NCBI GenBank assembly: GCA_000091205.1
Contig: AP006494.2
Reading direction: 5' to 3' (one strand)
DNA from: Cyanidioschyzon merolae
Taxonomy: Eukaryota
Length of the DNA stretch: 64,000 nt
Part shown: positions 44,601 to 57,600 of the stretch, piece by piece
Layout: each line of letters begins with the position of its first letter
How positions within the stretch are numbered: the first letter of the stretch is position 1
The notes under the pieces: generated by a model
Seen by the model: the letters and a program-made list of their open reading frames with translations, nothing else
What the model was told of the DNA's origin: nothing
Database searches by the model: none
Translations under genes and position numbers: made by a program

Positions 44601-47600
44601 CCGATCCAGACATCACGCTGACGCTCATGGAATCCATGCACAACTGACTGGAGGGTACTCCCGATGCTCCATGCATCTGTTGAGGACCAGTACCGGCACC
44701 AGCAATCGCTCCCGCACCAACCGATGTATCATACCGCGGCTTAGTTGCACCGGAGATGGCGCTCAAACCACTGACCGGTGCCTTGGCGGAGCGAGCAACG
44801 AACCCCGCCGGTGATAGTGCCCGTTGCCACAGGGTGTCGGTGCCCGGCGACAGGCTCGCTCTCGTGCTCGCAGGACTGCTGTGCGGAAGATCCAATGCCC
44901 CCTGTTTGCTTAGACCAAAGTCGGTCAATTTGATATGTCCATCCCGATCGATGAGAATGTTATCCGGCTTGAGATCACGGTGAACGATACCCGCTTGATG
45001 CAGATATTCCAAAGCGAGTACGATTTCGGCTACGTATTGTCGAGCAACATCTTCATCGAGATAGCCGAGATTGCTCAAGAGCGAGAAAAGGTCACCCCCG
45101 GGCAGAAACTCCATCACCAGAAACAATTTGCGTGCCGACTCGAACGACCAAATAAAGCGGACTACAAACGGGTTCTGGATGGTTGCCAGAATATCCCTTT
45201 CTGCACGCACGCGTCGAACGAGGTTTTTGCGCACGAGTTCGGACTTTTGAAACACCTTGATTGCGTAGAGATCACCAGTGGTTTTCTTGGACGCCAAATA
45301 CACTCTTCCGAATGCCCCGCGAGAGATTGGCTTAAGAATGTCAAAGTCGCGAATACTGGGTACCGCCGGATGCAGATGCGGACTCGCACCCACTCGTAGC
45401 GACTGCCGGGACGGGGACACTTCAGCGCCCCCGGAAGACCGCAAGCGACTCGAAGACGAATCCGAGCGATGCTGACCCTGCTTCCGACTTTGACTCGCGC
45501 CGTGCGCTTCACAAAGTGCATCCTGGAGATGATGACGACGACGACGACGGCGACTCGAACCGGTATCGGAGGAGTGCGCTGCTTCCGCAAACGCGACACC
45601 AGTGTCGGTCTTCGCCGCGTTGCCGAAGCGGATGTCGCCACCGCGATGTACATCCTCAGAGACGAGGCCACGCTCAGCATCGCATGGAGAGGCGGAATCG
45701 GCTGCATCACGTGTTTTCCAGTGAACGTGATCACAAGGCTCAACCGTAGCAGCAGCAGCAGCAGCAGCAGCGATATCGCAATTACGAGCGCTATCATCAT
45801 CAACAACAGCACCGGCACTGGCACCGGCACCGGCATGATCATCATCCGCGGCAGCGTCTTCGCTTGTGCGGCAGGAGACATCCTCCGCTGGGCGGGCTCT
45901 GCGAAGATCACTGGTCAATGCTCCCGACTCGAGGCTGCCGTCGTCAGCGGCGACAATGGCAGGTTCAAACACTGCCGGTATCATGGAAAGCGCTTCAAGC
46001 TTTTGGCTCACCAGGCAGTGTGCTCGTTCGACCAGTGCCAGACACCAGCGAGAAATCGTCGAACTAGTCGTATTGGCAGTCGCTGCCTGGCAGGCTTGCA
46101 GGGCGTGTTCCAACCGAGAACGAACGGCTTCCAGTTTCGCGCGTGCAACATTCTCCTCTAGATTCGGACGAAAGCTTGCCATATCTGAATCCGTTCGCAG
46201 ACGTAAACAAGAGCGAACTTGCTCATAGCTCTGATTCTCGAGATCATCCAGGTCAGCGGGGACAAAGCTGCTGATTCTCGTGCAACTCTCCGACGGCTCA
46301 ACTGCTGCGGCGTAGAGGCAGAGTTTTGCCACGCGCGATAGCAGCGCCTGCTGCGCACTGTCCACAGAAGCAGTAGACACGTCGCCCGCGGGTGCTTCGG
46401 TGAACGCTGAAGAGGTCGCTGCGCGAGCCCCGTGTCGTCCCAGTTTCTCGAGCTGCTTATCGCAGGCAGCAATGAGCACCGCTGCACGCGCTCGCGCTGC
46501 ACAGCATTTGGTGTGCTCCTCGAAGATCTCACACGGGTAGACTTCCTCACAGATGCGGCAAATGAGATAGGCATACGGATCCGTGACTTCTTCGTTTTCT
46601 TCCACGGCGTCCGCGTCCTTCTCGATTGCCTCTTCGTCTTCGTTGGAAATGAATTCCGCTCCAGAACACGGGGATGGCGGCATCGCGGTTTGTAGTGAAA
46701 CTGGGGTTTGTGAGCGAGCCGCAGGTAGCTGGATCAGTTTCGCGGTGGTGTTCTCTGGTCGGTGCAAGCCGCCAGCGTCGGCTTCTGTTGTTCGCACTTT
46801 CGCTAGCTCATTGGTTTCGTTGTTGTTGTTGTTGTTGTTGGTGTTGTTTTCTGCTGCGGGCGCTCCTTTTTCAGATAGGTTAGAGACGTCGAATGGCCCA
46901 TGGACTCGGAGCGAAAGGTTTCCCTCACGACCAGTGGTTTGCAGCGCTCTCATCGCTCGGACTGGATGCACATGAATCGCCTCATTCCGGGCAGCTAGCG
47001 CGACCGTATCAGAGCTGTAGCCTCGCTGAGCTTGTGTCTTACCAGTCAGCAGGGTCGCAAGTACCCCAGCAGGCAGCGATGGACGCTCGGCGGGCGTGGA
47101 ACGCTGCGTCGCCTCCGAAGCTGCTGCTTGCAACCCGGGGGCGTTGCTGCTCCCCGAGTGTACCAGAGTCTGCGAAGAACTCGGTTCTGTCAAGCGTTGC
47201 GTGTGACGCGACTTGTCGTCGTCGTCGTCGTCGTCGGGTTCAGCGCGCAGTTGCGTCGTGTCTGCTTCCGACTTTTCTAGATGCGTCGCAGGCGCCAGCA
47301 CTGCGATTCTATTGGGGTCTCGTTCGACTCCCAGACGCATCGTAGTCGCTTGAGCAACGCCTTGTGCTCCTGTCTCGCGTGCATGTTGTCGTGGACGTAT
47401 GCTCGTAAATAAATGCACATCTGAATTCGCCAAGTTCGGTGGCGAGCGCGGCCTCGTTTCCATGGATGACAGGCATACCGAGGAAACACAACGACGCGGC
47501 GGAAACGTCCAAGCATCTCGTGCAACCGCTATCGAAGGCTGCGGTTTGGCCCAAGGCGCCGGTTCATGAACACGTGCTGCAGCATTCGAGTCTTCCAGTG

Positions 47601-49599
47601 CGCGCTGCGCTTCCGATGTAGGTTCCGTTCGCTCGTAATACGCTGCAGCATACGAGTCTTCCACTGCGCGCTGTGCTCCTGCTGCAGGTTCAGCGACATG
47701 GTTGCTCAGGCTCGACTTGAGCGATATCCGGCCTGCCGCTACTGTAGCAGTTGACAGCTGCGTGCCCGGCTCTATAAAACGCTCATCCGCGGTTCCCGAT
47801 GACCACGACGAGGCATGAGCAGCGTCAGCCGGATCTATGTGCTCCGAACCGAAACCCTTCCCAGTCGACTGAGACATTCGCGTTCGGCGGGTGCCGCTCC
47901 CGCGCTGGCTGTTGCTCTCCGCCCGAAATTCAATGCGCTCAGCGGCTGCTTCGAGGAAACGCGTCAGCCTCGATAGCGTGAAGAGGAGGTGAATCACCGG
48001 CGAGGAGCGATGCGTCCACGAGACAAAGCTTACATGCATCCGCATTCGTTGCAGTTCATTCACGTACTCATGCAGATTGCCGCTGAATGCTATTACGGTT
48101 GAATGGCCCCGTGATACAAACGTTTCCGCCAATAACGCATCAGCGGACGTTGCCAACACGGCGGATGCAATATCCATCATACGGCGAACAGCTTTGCTGA
48201 GCTCGGGTGTCTCCTGCCCCTGCTGAAGTTCTGCTTCGCATTGTGCCATAAACTGCGCCAGCTCGTGATCAGTCTCCTTCTTGATCGCCTGTAACCGTCC
48301 ACGGATAGTTGACACGTTACCAGAGACAGCAAAATAACCCAAAGCACCCGCTAATAAGGCAGAATACGCATTGCCCCCCGAGGCGGCCGCAGTTGCAGGT
48401 GCCGCACCGGTGCCGATCGGGCTCGCCCATGACGCTGTGCGGTGTAGGCGTCTTGTAGTGCGTCGTCCCGCTTGTGTATGGCCCTCCATAAGACGCACCT
48501 GGTGCCACTGGAGCGTCGGCGTTGTAGCCTGGTCCGATGGACCGAGCCATCCGGTGCCGGCAGTGGACCACGATGTTGCCGCAACGCCGCCAGCGCCGAT
48601 CATTCGCCTCCAAGCGGATGCCACTGGGATTTCCCATCGATTTTGCGGCACTTTTTCATGCTCTTGCCGATGATGATAATGGTACTGATGGTGCTGATGA
48701 GCATCATGCTCGCTCTCACGATATTGTCGTCGGTGCGAATACCGATAGCGTAGGCGATGCGGGTCGCATCCCGCCAGTGACGTTGACTCGGGTGGCTCCA
48801 TCCGAAGGAGCATCACGTCTTGGTTGCTGCGCAGTTCGGTCGGAAGCGATGCACTCACGATGTGAGCGTCAGCGGGCTCAGAGTCGCTACTGGGCGCTTC
48901 GCAGCGTGCATCACTCACCAGTAATCGCTGTGACTTGGCAAACGCCTCCGATCGACGTCTTTCCCCAGAGGCTTTGCGTCGTTCGATCCGGGTAGTCTGA
49001 TCGCTCATCCGTGCCCTTCCAGTAGACTCCGCTTCGTCATCATCATCATCATCATCATCACCGTCACCATCGTGATCAGCCAGTTGTTGCAGCCGAGCGA
49101 AAACGGGAACGTCTCCGGTCGCCGCTGGGAACCCATCCGCTTCAACCGCTGCCTGCAGTGCTGCCACGTTGTCAACGCTTACAGGAGTCGAGCTCGCGTG
49201 CTTTATTGTCTCGTTAGAGAGCATCCAACTATCTTCGCGGCTTTCGGCGCCAGCGAGATAACCTTCCAAGCCGCTCGAGTCTGAGCTCCAGCCCGAGTTC
49301 CGTCTGAGGTCGAGCGCGTAGCGCTCCGCCAAGAGCTGCGCTGTTGTCTGTGGTCGTTCAACTGGAACGCTTACACCGACAGCGGTCAGCGCGCTCTGTA
49401 GCGACTGAACCTGGCGCTCGGTGGCGGCATCGCTTACCGGGTCAGCGACAGGCACGTCGCTTGCCTGCGCACCTGTGTCTACGCAAGCGCACTCACTACC
49501 TGGGACGTGCACCGGCTCATCAACGTGCGCACGCTCGCTCTCGTTCGCACCTGCTCGCATCCAAAGACGCGATGACGTCCACGATCGCAGGTTCCACAC
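41689..49599 (-). CDS. Giant (2636 aa) Greatwall/Rim15/MAST-like AGC kinase: central kinase domain with a roughly 270-aa insertion between DFG and GTPDYLAPE, an AGC C-tail, an N-terminal Cys-cluster and extensive low-complexity regions
   Basis: [22 protein letters not shown]...[14 protein letters not shown]...[26 protein letters not shown]...[long insert]...[39 protein letters not shown]...[12 protein letters not shown]. The activation-segment insert is the Greatwall/Rim15 hallmark. Confidence 0.75.
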   Translation of the reverse strand: MWNLRSWTSSRLWMRAGANESERAHVDEPVHVPGSECACVDTGAQASDVPVADPVSDAATERQVQSLQSALTAVGVSVPVERPQTTAQLLAERYALDLRRNSGWSSDSSGLEGYLAGAESREDSWMLSNETIKHASSTPVSVDNVAALQAAVEADGFPAATGDVPVFARLQQLADHDGDGDDDDDDDDEAESTGRARMSDQTTRIERRKASGERRRSEAFAKSQRLLVSDARCEAPSSDSEPADAHIVSASLPTELRSNQDVMLLRMEPPESTSLAGCDPHRLRYRYSHRRQYRESEHDAHQHHQYHYHHRQEHEKVPQNRWEIPVASAWRRMIGAGGVAATSWSTAGTGWLGPSDQATTPTLQWHQVRLMEGHTQAGRRTTRRLHRTASWASPIGTGAAPATAAASGGNAYSALLAGALGYFAVSGNVSTIRGRLQAIKKETDHELAQFMAQCEAELQQGQETPELSKAVRRMMDIASAVLATSADALLAETFVSRGHSTVIAFSGNLHEYVNELQRMRMHVSFVSWTHRSSPVIHLLFTLSRLTRFLEAAAERIEFRAESNSQRGSGTRRTRMSQSTGKGFGSEHIDPADAAHASSWSSGTADERFIEPGTQLSTATVAAGRISLKSSLSNHVAEPAAGAQRAVEDSYAAAYYERTEPTSEAQRALEDSNAAARVHEPAPWAKPQPSIAVARDAWTFPPRRCVSSVCLSSMETRPRSPPNLANSDVHLFTSIRPRQHARETGAQGVAQATTMRLGVERDPNRIAVLAPATHLEKSEADTTQLRAEPDDDDDDDKSRHTQRLTEPSSSQTLVHSGSSNAPGLQAAASEATQRSTPAERPSLPAGVLATLLTGKTQAQRGYSSDTVALAARNEAIHVHPVRAMRALQTTGREGNLSLRVHGPFDVSNLSEKGAPAAENNTNNNNNNNETNELAKVRTTEADAGGLHRPENTTAKLIQLPAARSQTPVSLQTAMPPSPCSGAEFISNEDEEAIEKDADAVEENEEVTDPYAYLICRICEEVYPCEIFEEHTKCCAARARAAVLIAACDKQLEKLGRHGARAATSSAFTEAPAGDVSTASVDSAQQALLSRVAKLCLYAAAVEPSESCTRISSFVPADLDDLENQSYEQVRSCLRLRTDSDMASFRPNLEENVARAKLEAVRSRLEHALQACQAATANTTSSTISRWCLALVERAHCLVSQKLEALSMIPAVFEPAIVAADDGSLESGALTSDLRRARPAEDVSCRTSEDAAADDDHAGAGASAGAVVDDDSARNCDIAAAAAAAATVEPCDHVHWKTRDAADSASPCDAERGLVSEDVHRGGDIRFGNAAKTDTGVAFAEAAHSSDTGSSRRRRRRHHLQDALCEAHGASQSRKQGQHRSDSSSSRLRSSGGAEVSPSRQSLRVGASPHLHPAVPSIRDFDILKPISRGAFGRVYLASKKTTGDLYAIKVFQKSELVRKNLVRRVRAERDILATIQNPFVVRFIWSFESARKLFLVMEFLPGGDLFSLLSNLGYLDEDVARQYVAEIVLALEYLHQAGIVHRDLKPDNILIDRDGHIKLTDFGLSKQGALDLPHSSPASTRASLSPGTDTLWQRALSPAGFVARSAKAPVSGLSAISGATKPRYDTSVGAGAIAGAGTGPQQMHGASGVPSSQLCMDSMSVSVMSGSGSEVRTQRGSSTVPLQRDVDMRLVDTTTSSVQAGTRTAGRQNTLTASDARGQFSAAASTGGSGYAGPFESHTGHLWANGVRGVRSPSPQTLATESQSGSPVGGTTVVAPVEPPLGTPDYLAPELLLGTGHGFAVDWWALGVVLFELLVGIPAFHASSVRGIFSNILSGRIQWPDDVDEAMSAEARDLIQRLLEPDPSKRLGARGAAEVKAHPFFRDVDFEHVRNQPPAFVPQFAAADDTSYFSSRKAVGSLSPDDESTQKLMRTLSEHGLGDVERAEALPLLVTASKSHVASVPLSLSSSSRMRVPETRTAAIASSEALHASEPRWSDVAAHPEMRQGGQSVHASEPRWSDVAAHLEMRQGGQKVMMRWCATADCWPRENPTDGDWRSADEGTAACGMHCSTYGKVCSTEPLATSSSACCYGVSRAPAAPGGIREPAPRSSPCAASGALDLGIPALPAVSHDAERPVLSSSSVREQSAIDTTCEHNESVLVAERACRWSDGTALAGVSMEPLSRSGAETMPQRLLHAVNAENSSLSDQIVVSGITTSSQATDSAEGIEDQVRDAPCADGLYRHRPGWSLSYTVPEHELDADKTQRISADCSIAHTTRTQGQETLSEATSIAGTGDVSTDSDGALGRATQIVAVPDSPHAVGVSGNTGAAASAMPSEPAGTQSETSHPEMDWKQTEVPSWSSSATCSTETGWRRVDMRTLRNRRQRSREQLLQHCLRRRAPTRGWLSETERDPSVSTSADEQNRERSASVCTSPSVLRSSNVRLRGSDATSVAVVAATTPTRNVWNTSDGMLLFEDSSSDSNLCSEGDIENDDDDDDDDDFNNNNNNAVDPFRRATLARSNIGREGSAPVQASAGVSSSERPPEASYSDPNVNLAKSGRRARYKANRPSSSESQCVLTLADPAFSDFSFRNLDSLEAMNLDMARVSRARSATSGRSSSVPSRRHPVASSSDSASQTSRSGL

Positions 49600-49993
49600 A
49601 AAATAGTGACAGCAAGCACCTGCTCACGGCTTTTCGTACGGTGTGGCCGCCGCAGAAGCCCCGCTCGCCGGCGATGGCAACACACCGGAAACGACACTGG
49701 CCCCCGTGTTTCTCTGGAGTGCTGCTGCTGAGACCCCAATGGGTTCACAGCCAATACCAGCTGTTACAGCGTCCGCGTATTCGGTGTTCGCTGTCTCGAG
49801 CTGGCAGCGCAGTGCGCGAGGAGTACCAGATGGGCCCGTTTCAAGCTGCCCTGCGAGTGCCACGACGGTATTGTCCAGGTTGTCGTGAGGCACTGGGATG
49901 GACAGATTGGGAAATGGGACAGATTTGCCATCTGAGTGACTGCGGCGGCGGCGGCGGCGGCGGCGGGATCTCGACTTTGCGCATCGATCTGCG

Positions 49994-51927
49994 ATCTGGG
50001 ATTTTTTCTCAGATGTCAAAAAGTGCCCAGTGATCAGGGATCCCAGATTGCGGGATGGGTAGGTATTCGTTATCGAAAAAGCGTCCATGATGCTTCACGA
50101 TACCTCCAAGTTCCATTACTTGTGCTTCCGCTAGGATGCACTGGTCGTTTCGTACGTTCTATCGAGCGCTAAGTGTCTGCTTTGCTGCACCCTGCTGAAG
50201 CGTCTACACCGACAGAGCAGATGCTGCGCGGAGACAGCGCGGCGTTGCTGTACCACTGATGACTTCGGCTCGAGGCGCGGTCCATCTGATAAGGGATCAG
50301 GATTCATGATCATTCTGGGATCCAGCGATCTGCGTAGACAGACGCACTGGCTGCGGCAGCGCGAAGCGATATGCTACGAGATAATCGTCATATTGGCGAC
50401 GCCCAGACGCAGTCTAAGTGTACCTGGTCTCGGAATAAACCGCGTTGCCGACGAGTTACTCAGATCTCAATAGAGTACTAGGCACTGGGTGCAGCATGGA
50501 GCACCAGCCTGGCAGACTTGTCCGGCTCGCAGGACATTCCGCCTGGAAGGTAAACGTTCGAAATATGGAAACATTTCCCCCCTTTGAACGTTTACCGTAG
50601 AGGGGAAAGAACATTTTATCCAGTTGGTAGTTAGTCCTTGGTTTATGATCCGTTTTGTACATGGTGCGCTCGAGATGCGCACACCCATATCTGGCAGGCA
50701 TGCGACCTAGCATGTGCATCTCGCCGCTGAGGGGAAACGCGAACCTGATCATGAGCGTATTGCTCTGACTAACAAGATGTATTTGCGTTCAAGGCACAAG
50801 AGAGTATGTTTTTCTCAGTTCAATTGTGTGTCAGCTCTCAAGTGAGTGTATTCGAGCGATTTTTCGCGGGTTGTAGCAGAAGCTTTCAAAGTGCGTTGTT
50901 TTGAAAAATAGTCGAGATAAATCGGGAAAAATATGGTTGTAGAAGTGGAGGATCCTGGAGGGCCCCGTATCGCCGGCTGCCGCAAAAAAAAACCGAAGAA
51001 CAGTGCCAACCAAAGAGGAACAACACAGGACCAGGAAGCAAGGCGGCGAGGGCCGACACCAAAACCTGCAGGGAAAACGACAGTACGACGAGATGGAAGT
51101 GAAAGCCTGTCTTTTACGCTGCGTCAAGGATCCGTGCAGGGCAAAGTTGCAAGAGGGCATCAGAAACCGTGTCGATTCGTACTCCAGGAGTATTGGAAAG
51201 GCCTGTTCAGGAATGATGCATGTGGTGAAGGTGATGTGTCGCGACGTGACGGACATCCAAACCGTCGAGGTTCCGGACGAGATTTTCGGCAAGACCTTCA
51301 TTCGTCACCTGATGGTTGGAACAGGGGAAACGTCGAGGAGAAATGAGCGAGTTCGTGCCCTCCACGAAAATTACACCAAATACCGCTCCAACGATACTCG
51401 ATACACGGGAGACTCGCGTATTTACGAATACGGGGCGATCAAGTACCTCACGAACCTGAAGAACCACGTGACCATGAACCTCAAAGGCTTCATGATACGC
51501 TCCGTCTTTGCCCTCGACCCGGAGCTGTCTCGCATAGGGATACGGGCCATCATCGACGGCATCAAGAACGATAGTCGGAATGAACAGGAGATCGAATTTG
51601 CCGACAAGAAGACATCACGCAGAGGAAAGAATGAACCTTCTGGAATCCCTGCGGCTATTCAGGAGCACCGTGCAGACTCGGGGCTTGTCAACCCAGCGGA
51701 TAAAGTATCAGAGATGAAAAAGATGACGAAAGATTTTATCCCCGCGTCCAGCGCTATTCCGTGTTTTTGGAGCGAGAACTCGAACGCCAGGCGGAGATGG
51801 AGCTCACTAGGGGAATACGTGAAGATTCGGAGAAGCGGAAGGCTTTCGTAATGGGTAAGCGCTTCAACGTCATTCCATTATGCAACAGCAAGTAGCACTT
51901 TGTGCGAATCGACGCTAGCGTCCTTGA
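49994..51927 (+). mobile_element. Second, 3'-truncated copy of the long TnpB/Fanzor-like element: 5' region (one 96-bp unit, same hairpin) plus intact N-terminal ORF 51003-51851; lacks the RuvC-bearing part
   Basis: About 98% nucleotide identity to 7806-9936. The 282-aa ORF differs from its paralogue at 6 residues. Similarity stops abruptly at 51927. Confidence 0.6.
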
Positions 51928-52487
51928 ATGCACAAAACGACCAGTGCATCCGAGAACAGGTAATGGAACATGGAGGTAGGGCGCATCATGATGGACGCTT
52001 TCCCAAATGCTTGTACCCAGCTCGCAATCCTGGGTCCCTGGTCAACGTAAACGTTTTTTGAACAAAAATGCCTGAAGCAGCTGCATCGGGACTGCAATGC
52101 TGCCAGTATCGACCTTCGACAGTTGATAACGGAACTGGAGGGAAATGAGCACTCACATGAAATACACGCGAAATCTGGTATGGATGATCCCGAAGAGCGT
52201 GTCAAACTTTGAGGTTTCCAGTCGAATTTGAGAATATGTCATACTTTATGCTACCCTGGATGTATCATCGTGTACGGCACGTTCGTGGTCGACACCCCGT
52301 GTAACGCCGCACGTCGATACAACATAGCCCTTATTCTCCTCTAGACCAGTCACTGGCGGTGTACCTGTTTTGACACACGACCAAATCGAGTGTCTTACGC
52401 CTTAGTTCAAGCTCCACGGCACCAAGCGTAGTTCGTAGGCGGCCAAGTAGACAGACATGAACTGGACGCTGGCTCGCCGCGCTTGAC

Positions 52488-54275
52488 ATGCCTCAGCTCG
52501 ATTCCTTTACAGGCCGGCGTTTGGTGTTCCGGGCCCCTTTGCTGACGATTACGGCACTCTACAAGGAGCACTCTACTCGGAAAGCGCTCCAAGGCGTTGC
52601 TGTTGCAGGCGGTGGCGGTAGTCAGACTCGCTCTGGCGTGCCAAACGGACTCTGGTTCGTATCCTTGCACCAGCTCGGGTGCGACTCGGAAACCGAAAAC
52701 CTGCTCTACCTCGCGCTGGAAGAGACACCATGCTATGTACACGCTGTGCCCGGACCTGGATATTGGCTTGTGATTATCGTTGCGGCTGCCTGTGTAGAGT
52801 TCGTAACCATATCAACGGACACCACAGCGCACACGCAGCAGCGCGGTCGAATTGCTGCCCCCGCAAGAAACCGTATTTCGCCTTCTGAAACCCGTAATGT
52901 GTCAACAGGACTCGTGTGGCGATGGATCGGTGCCGCAGGCCCCTGGTTAGCTGGCATCGACGAGGACGACGAGGCCCGCGTCTGGTTGCTGCACTGGCCC
53001 AGTGCACGACGCTTTGCAGAGCAGAAGCACCTGAATGACTCGCCCAATGCACCGTCGCTTCAGGCCTTGTACCAAAGCATTCGACTTCCCGCTGGTTTCC
53101 AGTTTGATACGAGCAACGCTGATGCTCCGCTCTGGGCATACTTTCGAATCGACGGTATGGACCGTCTCTCGAGTGGCGCCTTGTCAAGCGACGGATCGTG
53201 GCTTGCGATCACAGGCCTTGCAGCGGATACCGAAGATGCTGCTGCTGCTGCTGCTGCTGCCGTCCTTCAGCACGGAACCAAGAGCGACCAGAGGACGCAT
53301 CGTATCTCGGGACAAGCGCCTCGAGATGCCCGTTCGAGCGCCCGGCTCGCACTGGTCATTTTACCGCTGTACGGTGCCGAGTGCACTGACGCCCTGGGTG
53401 CAAGCGCACCGAAACCAGTGCGGGAGCATCCACCCGCACCTCGTGGCAACATGCTGATCCTCGCGAGCAAGGCACGTTACCGTCACCACCACCGGTGCTA
53501 CGAAGCATGCCGTTCGCAACTGCAACGCGGGCGTCGACATCGTCCTCGTGCACGTCTAGCGCCTCCGTCATCACCTGGACCATGTGTGTTTCTGGATGCG
53601 CACACCTTGATCACGACATTCTGGGACGGCGACGACGCTTCGACGACATTCGCACTATGGCAATGCGGTTCCTCGTCCCGAGACGCACGCCACCGGGAAG
53701 ACTGGAACCTGCGCCGCACTTGGAAGTTGCCGCAAGCACAGCCAGTTACGGCAATGGACTGGTTTGCACCCAATCCATCGTCCACGACACCAGCCCAGAT
53801 CGGTGTGCTCGCCGTGGCGCTGGTGAACGGACACGTTCAAGCGTGGATTGTGGAGGTGCCCTTTGGATGCACGACACGAGCACCGCTGATGTGTTCGAGT
53901 TGGATCCACGATAGCGGACGCATGACAGGACAAGTGCAGCGCTTCTCGCGGCGCTGGTTGCGAGCGGGAGCAGCGCCCCGCCTGGTGCACGGCCTGCCCG
54001 CGAGCGCGCTGCTGGTGCTACCTGTCGCCGAACACCGAAGCAGCGCTGTGGATGACCTCGTCGCTTCAGAACAGTCGCGCTCGTGGCTCCTCTTCTCAAC
54101 CAGCACAGACGGAACGTTGCTCTGTATCGAATTGCGACAAGCATTCGCGAGAACACTACAGCGACGTGCGTTACGATCCCTGATGTTTTACGTTTTCGTG
54201 CTAGGTATTGTGCGCCTGCTGATGAGCCCATGGGCCAGGCAAGACGTCATACGCCACGTCTCTGCTATCGAGTGA
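52488..54275 (+). CDS. Hypothetical protein, 595 aa, no motif I can recognise
   Basis: Long uninterrupted ORF with coding-like composition. Contains an (Ala)7 tract and Arg-rich segments. Function unknown. Confidence 0.35.
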   Translation: MPQLDSFTGRRLVFRAPLLTITALYKEHSTRKALQGVAVAGGGGSQTRSGVPNGLWFVSLHQLGCDSETENLLYLALEETPCYVHAVPGPGYWLVIIVAAACVEFVTISTDTTAHTQQRGRIAAPARNRISPSETRNVSTGLVWRWIGAAGPWLAGIDEDDEARVWLLHWPSARRFAEQKHLNDSPNAPSLQALYQSIRLPAGFQFDTSNADAPLWAYFRIDGMDRLSSGALSSDGSWLAITGLAADTEDAAAAAAAAVLQHGTKSDQRTHRISGQAPRDARSSARLALVILPLYGAECTDALGASAPKPVREHPPAPRGNMLILASKARYRHHHRCYEACRSQLQRGRRHRPRARLAPPSSPGPCVFLDAHTLITTFWDGDDASTTFALWQCGSSSRDARHREDWNLRRTWKLPQAQPVTAMDWFAPNPSSTTPAQIGVLAVALVNGHVQAWIVEVPFGCTTRAPLMCSSWIHDSGRMTGQVQRFSRRWLRAGAAPRLVHGLPASALLVLPVAEHRSSAVDDLVASEQSRSWLLFSTSTDGTLLCIELRQAFARTLQRRALRSLMFYVFVLGIVRLLMSPWARQDVIRHVSAIE

Positions 54276-54632
54276 GCGGTATGCTCATGGACTCGTGGAG
54301 CGACGGAAGCGCCACCAGTGACCGCAACGTCTCGAGGGCGGTTTCGTTGGCTGCTTTCGCTGCGCTCGCCATTCTCCAGGACTCGACAACGACGACGACG
54401 ACGACGACGACGACGGGGAGAGCGGCTCGGTATTCACAACGGTTATAGTGATGGATCCGAGCTCTACGTCGTCGTCATCGAATATCTTCAGGTCGTCGGA
54501 AAGCAGCGAATCACTGCGCAGTGCGGGCAGCGGCTTTGGCTCAGGGATCAGCGGTCGTGGCGGCATTGCCTGAACGAGAGAGTTCCTCGTTGGCGTTGGA
54601 GGCAGCGCCAGCCGTGCTTCTTCAGGGCCGCT

Positions 54633-57600
54633 TTACGCTAGCTGTGTTTCCGTAGTTGGAGGTCCCGCTTCGTGAGCTGACCTGCCTGTGCGCTCTAGTA
54701 CCATTGCTTTGGGCGCAACATTGCTGGTGGCGGTGCTGTGCGCGAATGCAGTACGAGCAGCGGAGGTGCCGCTCCCCGTTCCGCCTGCAATGGGAGCGCT
54801 CGCGTCTACACCTGCAGACGATAACAACAACGATGACGACGACAAGGACGAGTCTGGCGGTGCGAGGGAAAGCGGCGAGCCCGGCGCGGACAGGGCTTCG
54901 CGTCGTGCCTGCTCTGCCGCTAGGTCGCTAGTCTCGGAAGTGGTATCTGGAGGTATCTCGGGGCTTGCGTTCGTGACGACTACTGGACCACGTTCGGCGT
55001 TATCCTTTTGCGAGGCGCTCTGGCGAGTCGCCTCTGTAGGATGTCGCACAGATGCGGGCAGAGCGGTCCGTTCCTGGTCCAGGTCACTTCCCAGGTCGCT
55101 ACGGGAACATGTGGATCGAGGTGCCGGGCTCAGATGTGCGCCCTGCGACGTATCCGCGTCGCCTTCGGGGTAAAATACACGACGTTCCGTAGGTGTCGTC
55201 AGCGGAGCGGTGAATGCAGGTGCTCGAGCCGCATGCACTGCCGCCGCCGACCCAGTCGGGGTACCGTTCCTCATCGCTGGTGTCGATGGATCGACGGCAG
55301 CGCTAAGGCTACCAGCACCAGCATCAGCATCAGCATCGGCATCAGCATCGGCTTCAGCGTCGGTGTCACCTTTGGATGTGCCACCAGTACTGGCACTCGT
55401 GTGAGCAATGCTATCACTCGATTCCACCAGGATTTCCACAGACGGAGCTACGACGAACGGCTCCGTCAGCGCCACCATGACAGCCTCTGCAACCTGAACG
55501 TCCTCCAGCGTAGCAGCAACATCGAGCAACGTGCGCCCGTGCACATCATTCCAGGCGGTTGGATCAAATGCTTCGGCGAAAACGGATCCGCGAAGCTTTT
55601 GCAGTGCAGCACGATCACCCGTAGCTACAGCGGCAAAGAGGAACTGCCACTGCTCTCGCACGGACATGTGCAAGAGAAGCGTTTCCTCGTACATGACGAG
55701 AAAGCGTGCAACAGCGTAGGCAGCATCTTCGTGACGCGCTGCATGATCCAATGAAGCATCGCTATGCAGCGGGACACGACGACGGGCGTTGCCCCGAATA
55801 CCTCGGATATCCGGTTCTCTCTGGAACTTGGACCGGTCGCTTCGGGGCTGCTCATGCGTTCCACTGCGAGCACTGAACGTAGGCGACATGCCCGTCACGA
55901 CCGGTTGCAGCATAGAGATCGACTCGCGCAGGATGCGCACCCCTAATGGACTCTGAACGAAACGCCGGAGGCAACCGGGCTCATGATCATGATCATCATG
56001 ATCATCATCAGGGAACTCCGTGATTCGCATCAGGGCGGCCACAACCGAGTCCTGTGCATGAGCCAGTGCTCGAAGCACCAGAAACAGGTCGAATTCGTCG
56101 AGCAGCTGGAGTTTGGCACCCCGTTCAATGAGCTCGATTACCGTCTGGATGCGCTGGAGCGACGCCATCGGCACTTGTTCGCCAATAGCGCTTGTATCGA
56201 GCGGCAATAATCGCTCGGGATGCAGCGGACGCAGTGCCAGCTGGAGCGCACTGAAGCCGTCCTTATCGGTAGCGTTCACGTCCACGTCCAGATCCCGAAT
56301 GCAGAGCTTCACGAGTTCAGCCTTGCCCTCAGCGGCTGCCAACAGAAGCAGTTGAGTTCGCTCTTTCATCGCCAGTTTTCGGCGGTAGACGCTGATCGAG
56401 CGGTTCAAACGGAGCAAACGTAGGGCCATTTCCGTGTTCCCCAGGACGAGTGCTCGCACGAGGATATCAGCTGTCGGGTCCAAAACAACCGGATGAACGC
56501 TCTCGTTCCGCTGACTACGGGTAACCGCTTCGAGGAATGCATCCATGGTGTTGAGATCGTTTCCTTCGACCGCACAAAGAAGGAGTTCGTTGAGATTCGC
56601 TTGGGATATAGCGAGGCCGAGCTGGAGCAACAGTTGCAACAAGATCGCGTAGCGCTCGCGGACAGACCAGTTCAGCATCTGTACCAGCAGCGGTTGCCGG
56701 ATAGAGCCCAGACCTCTGAGGAGATACGCCGGTGTCGCTTCGTTGGAGGCGTTGCCAGCCGACTGCCTCTGCAGCGAGGCATGCTGTATTCGCGCACTGG
56801 ACGCTGCACCAGCGCTATTCACTGAGACAGAACATGCCTCCTGTTGATGGGGTTCAGTGCCGAACATACGAGCCGGGGACTGCTGGTGCTGGTGCTGGTG
56901 CTGGTGCTGGTGCTGCGGCGTCGTGATGGTGATCCGTACAAAGGACGCGTCATCGCTGGGAGCTCCAGCTGGGCTGCGCTCGTCGAATGCTCTGATGCGC
57001 TCCCCTGGAAAGAAGGTCGCTGGGCTTGGCAAACCGTCGCTAATCCGCTTCGATGCCCGACTCGAGTCGTCATCCATGGATGAAACGCTGGAGGCGTCAA
57101 GGCCGTACCGTCCTCGACTGACCTGGGATGCACGACGACTGCCATGCTTCTGTTCATGGCCAGCAACTGCATCGGTAGCACTGCCTGCATTAGGTGCTAC
57201 GGTCCCTGCATGCTCCCTGGTGCTGTTCGCGACCGGAGCACGCACGTTCAGTAGCTCAGTAAGCAAGGCAGCGGCCTTGTCGCGGGTGATTCCTTCCTCC
57301 ATCCGGTTATGGTAGATCAAGACCGTATTTTGTCCAATGCATGCCTCCGGTGCTCGATGAAGAACCGATGGATACCTCGCGCCAAGGAACCCAACGAGCT
57401 GAACGTGGCCGTACTGAACAGCGAGCCGCAAAAGCTCGATGAGCAGCTCATCACGACTCGAAGTATCCGTTGCAAACTCTCGAAAGAATAGCCGGATAGC
57501 GTCATGGAGCACTGCTAGATCGCCGTGCATCGCCGCTATGCGAGCGAGCTCACGCAGGTCAACGTCGCTGAGTTGCTGGAACAGCTCCATACAGGTGTGA

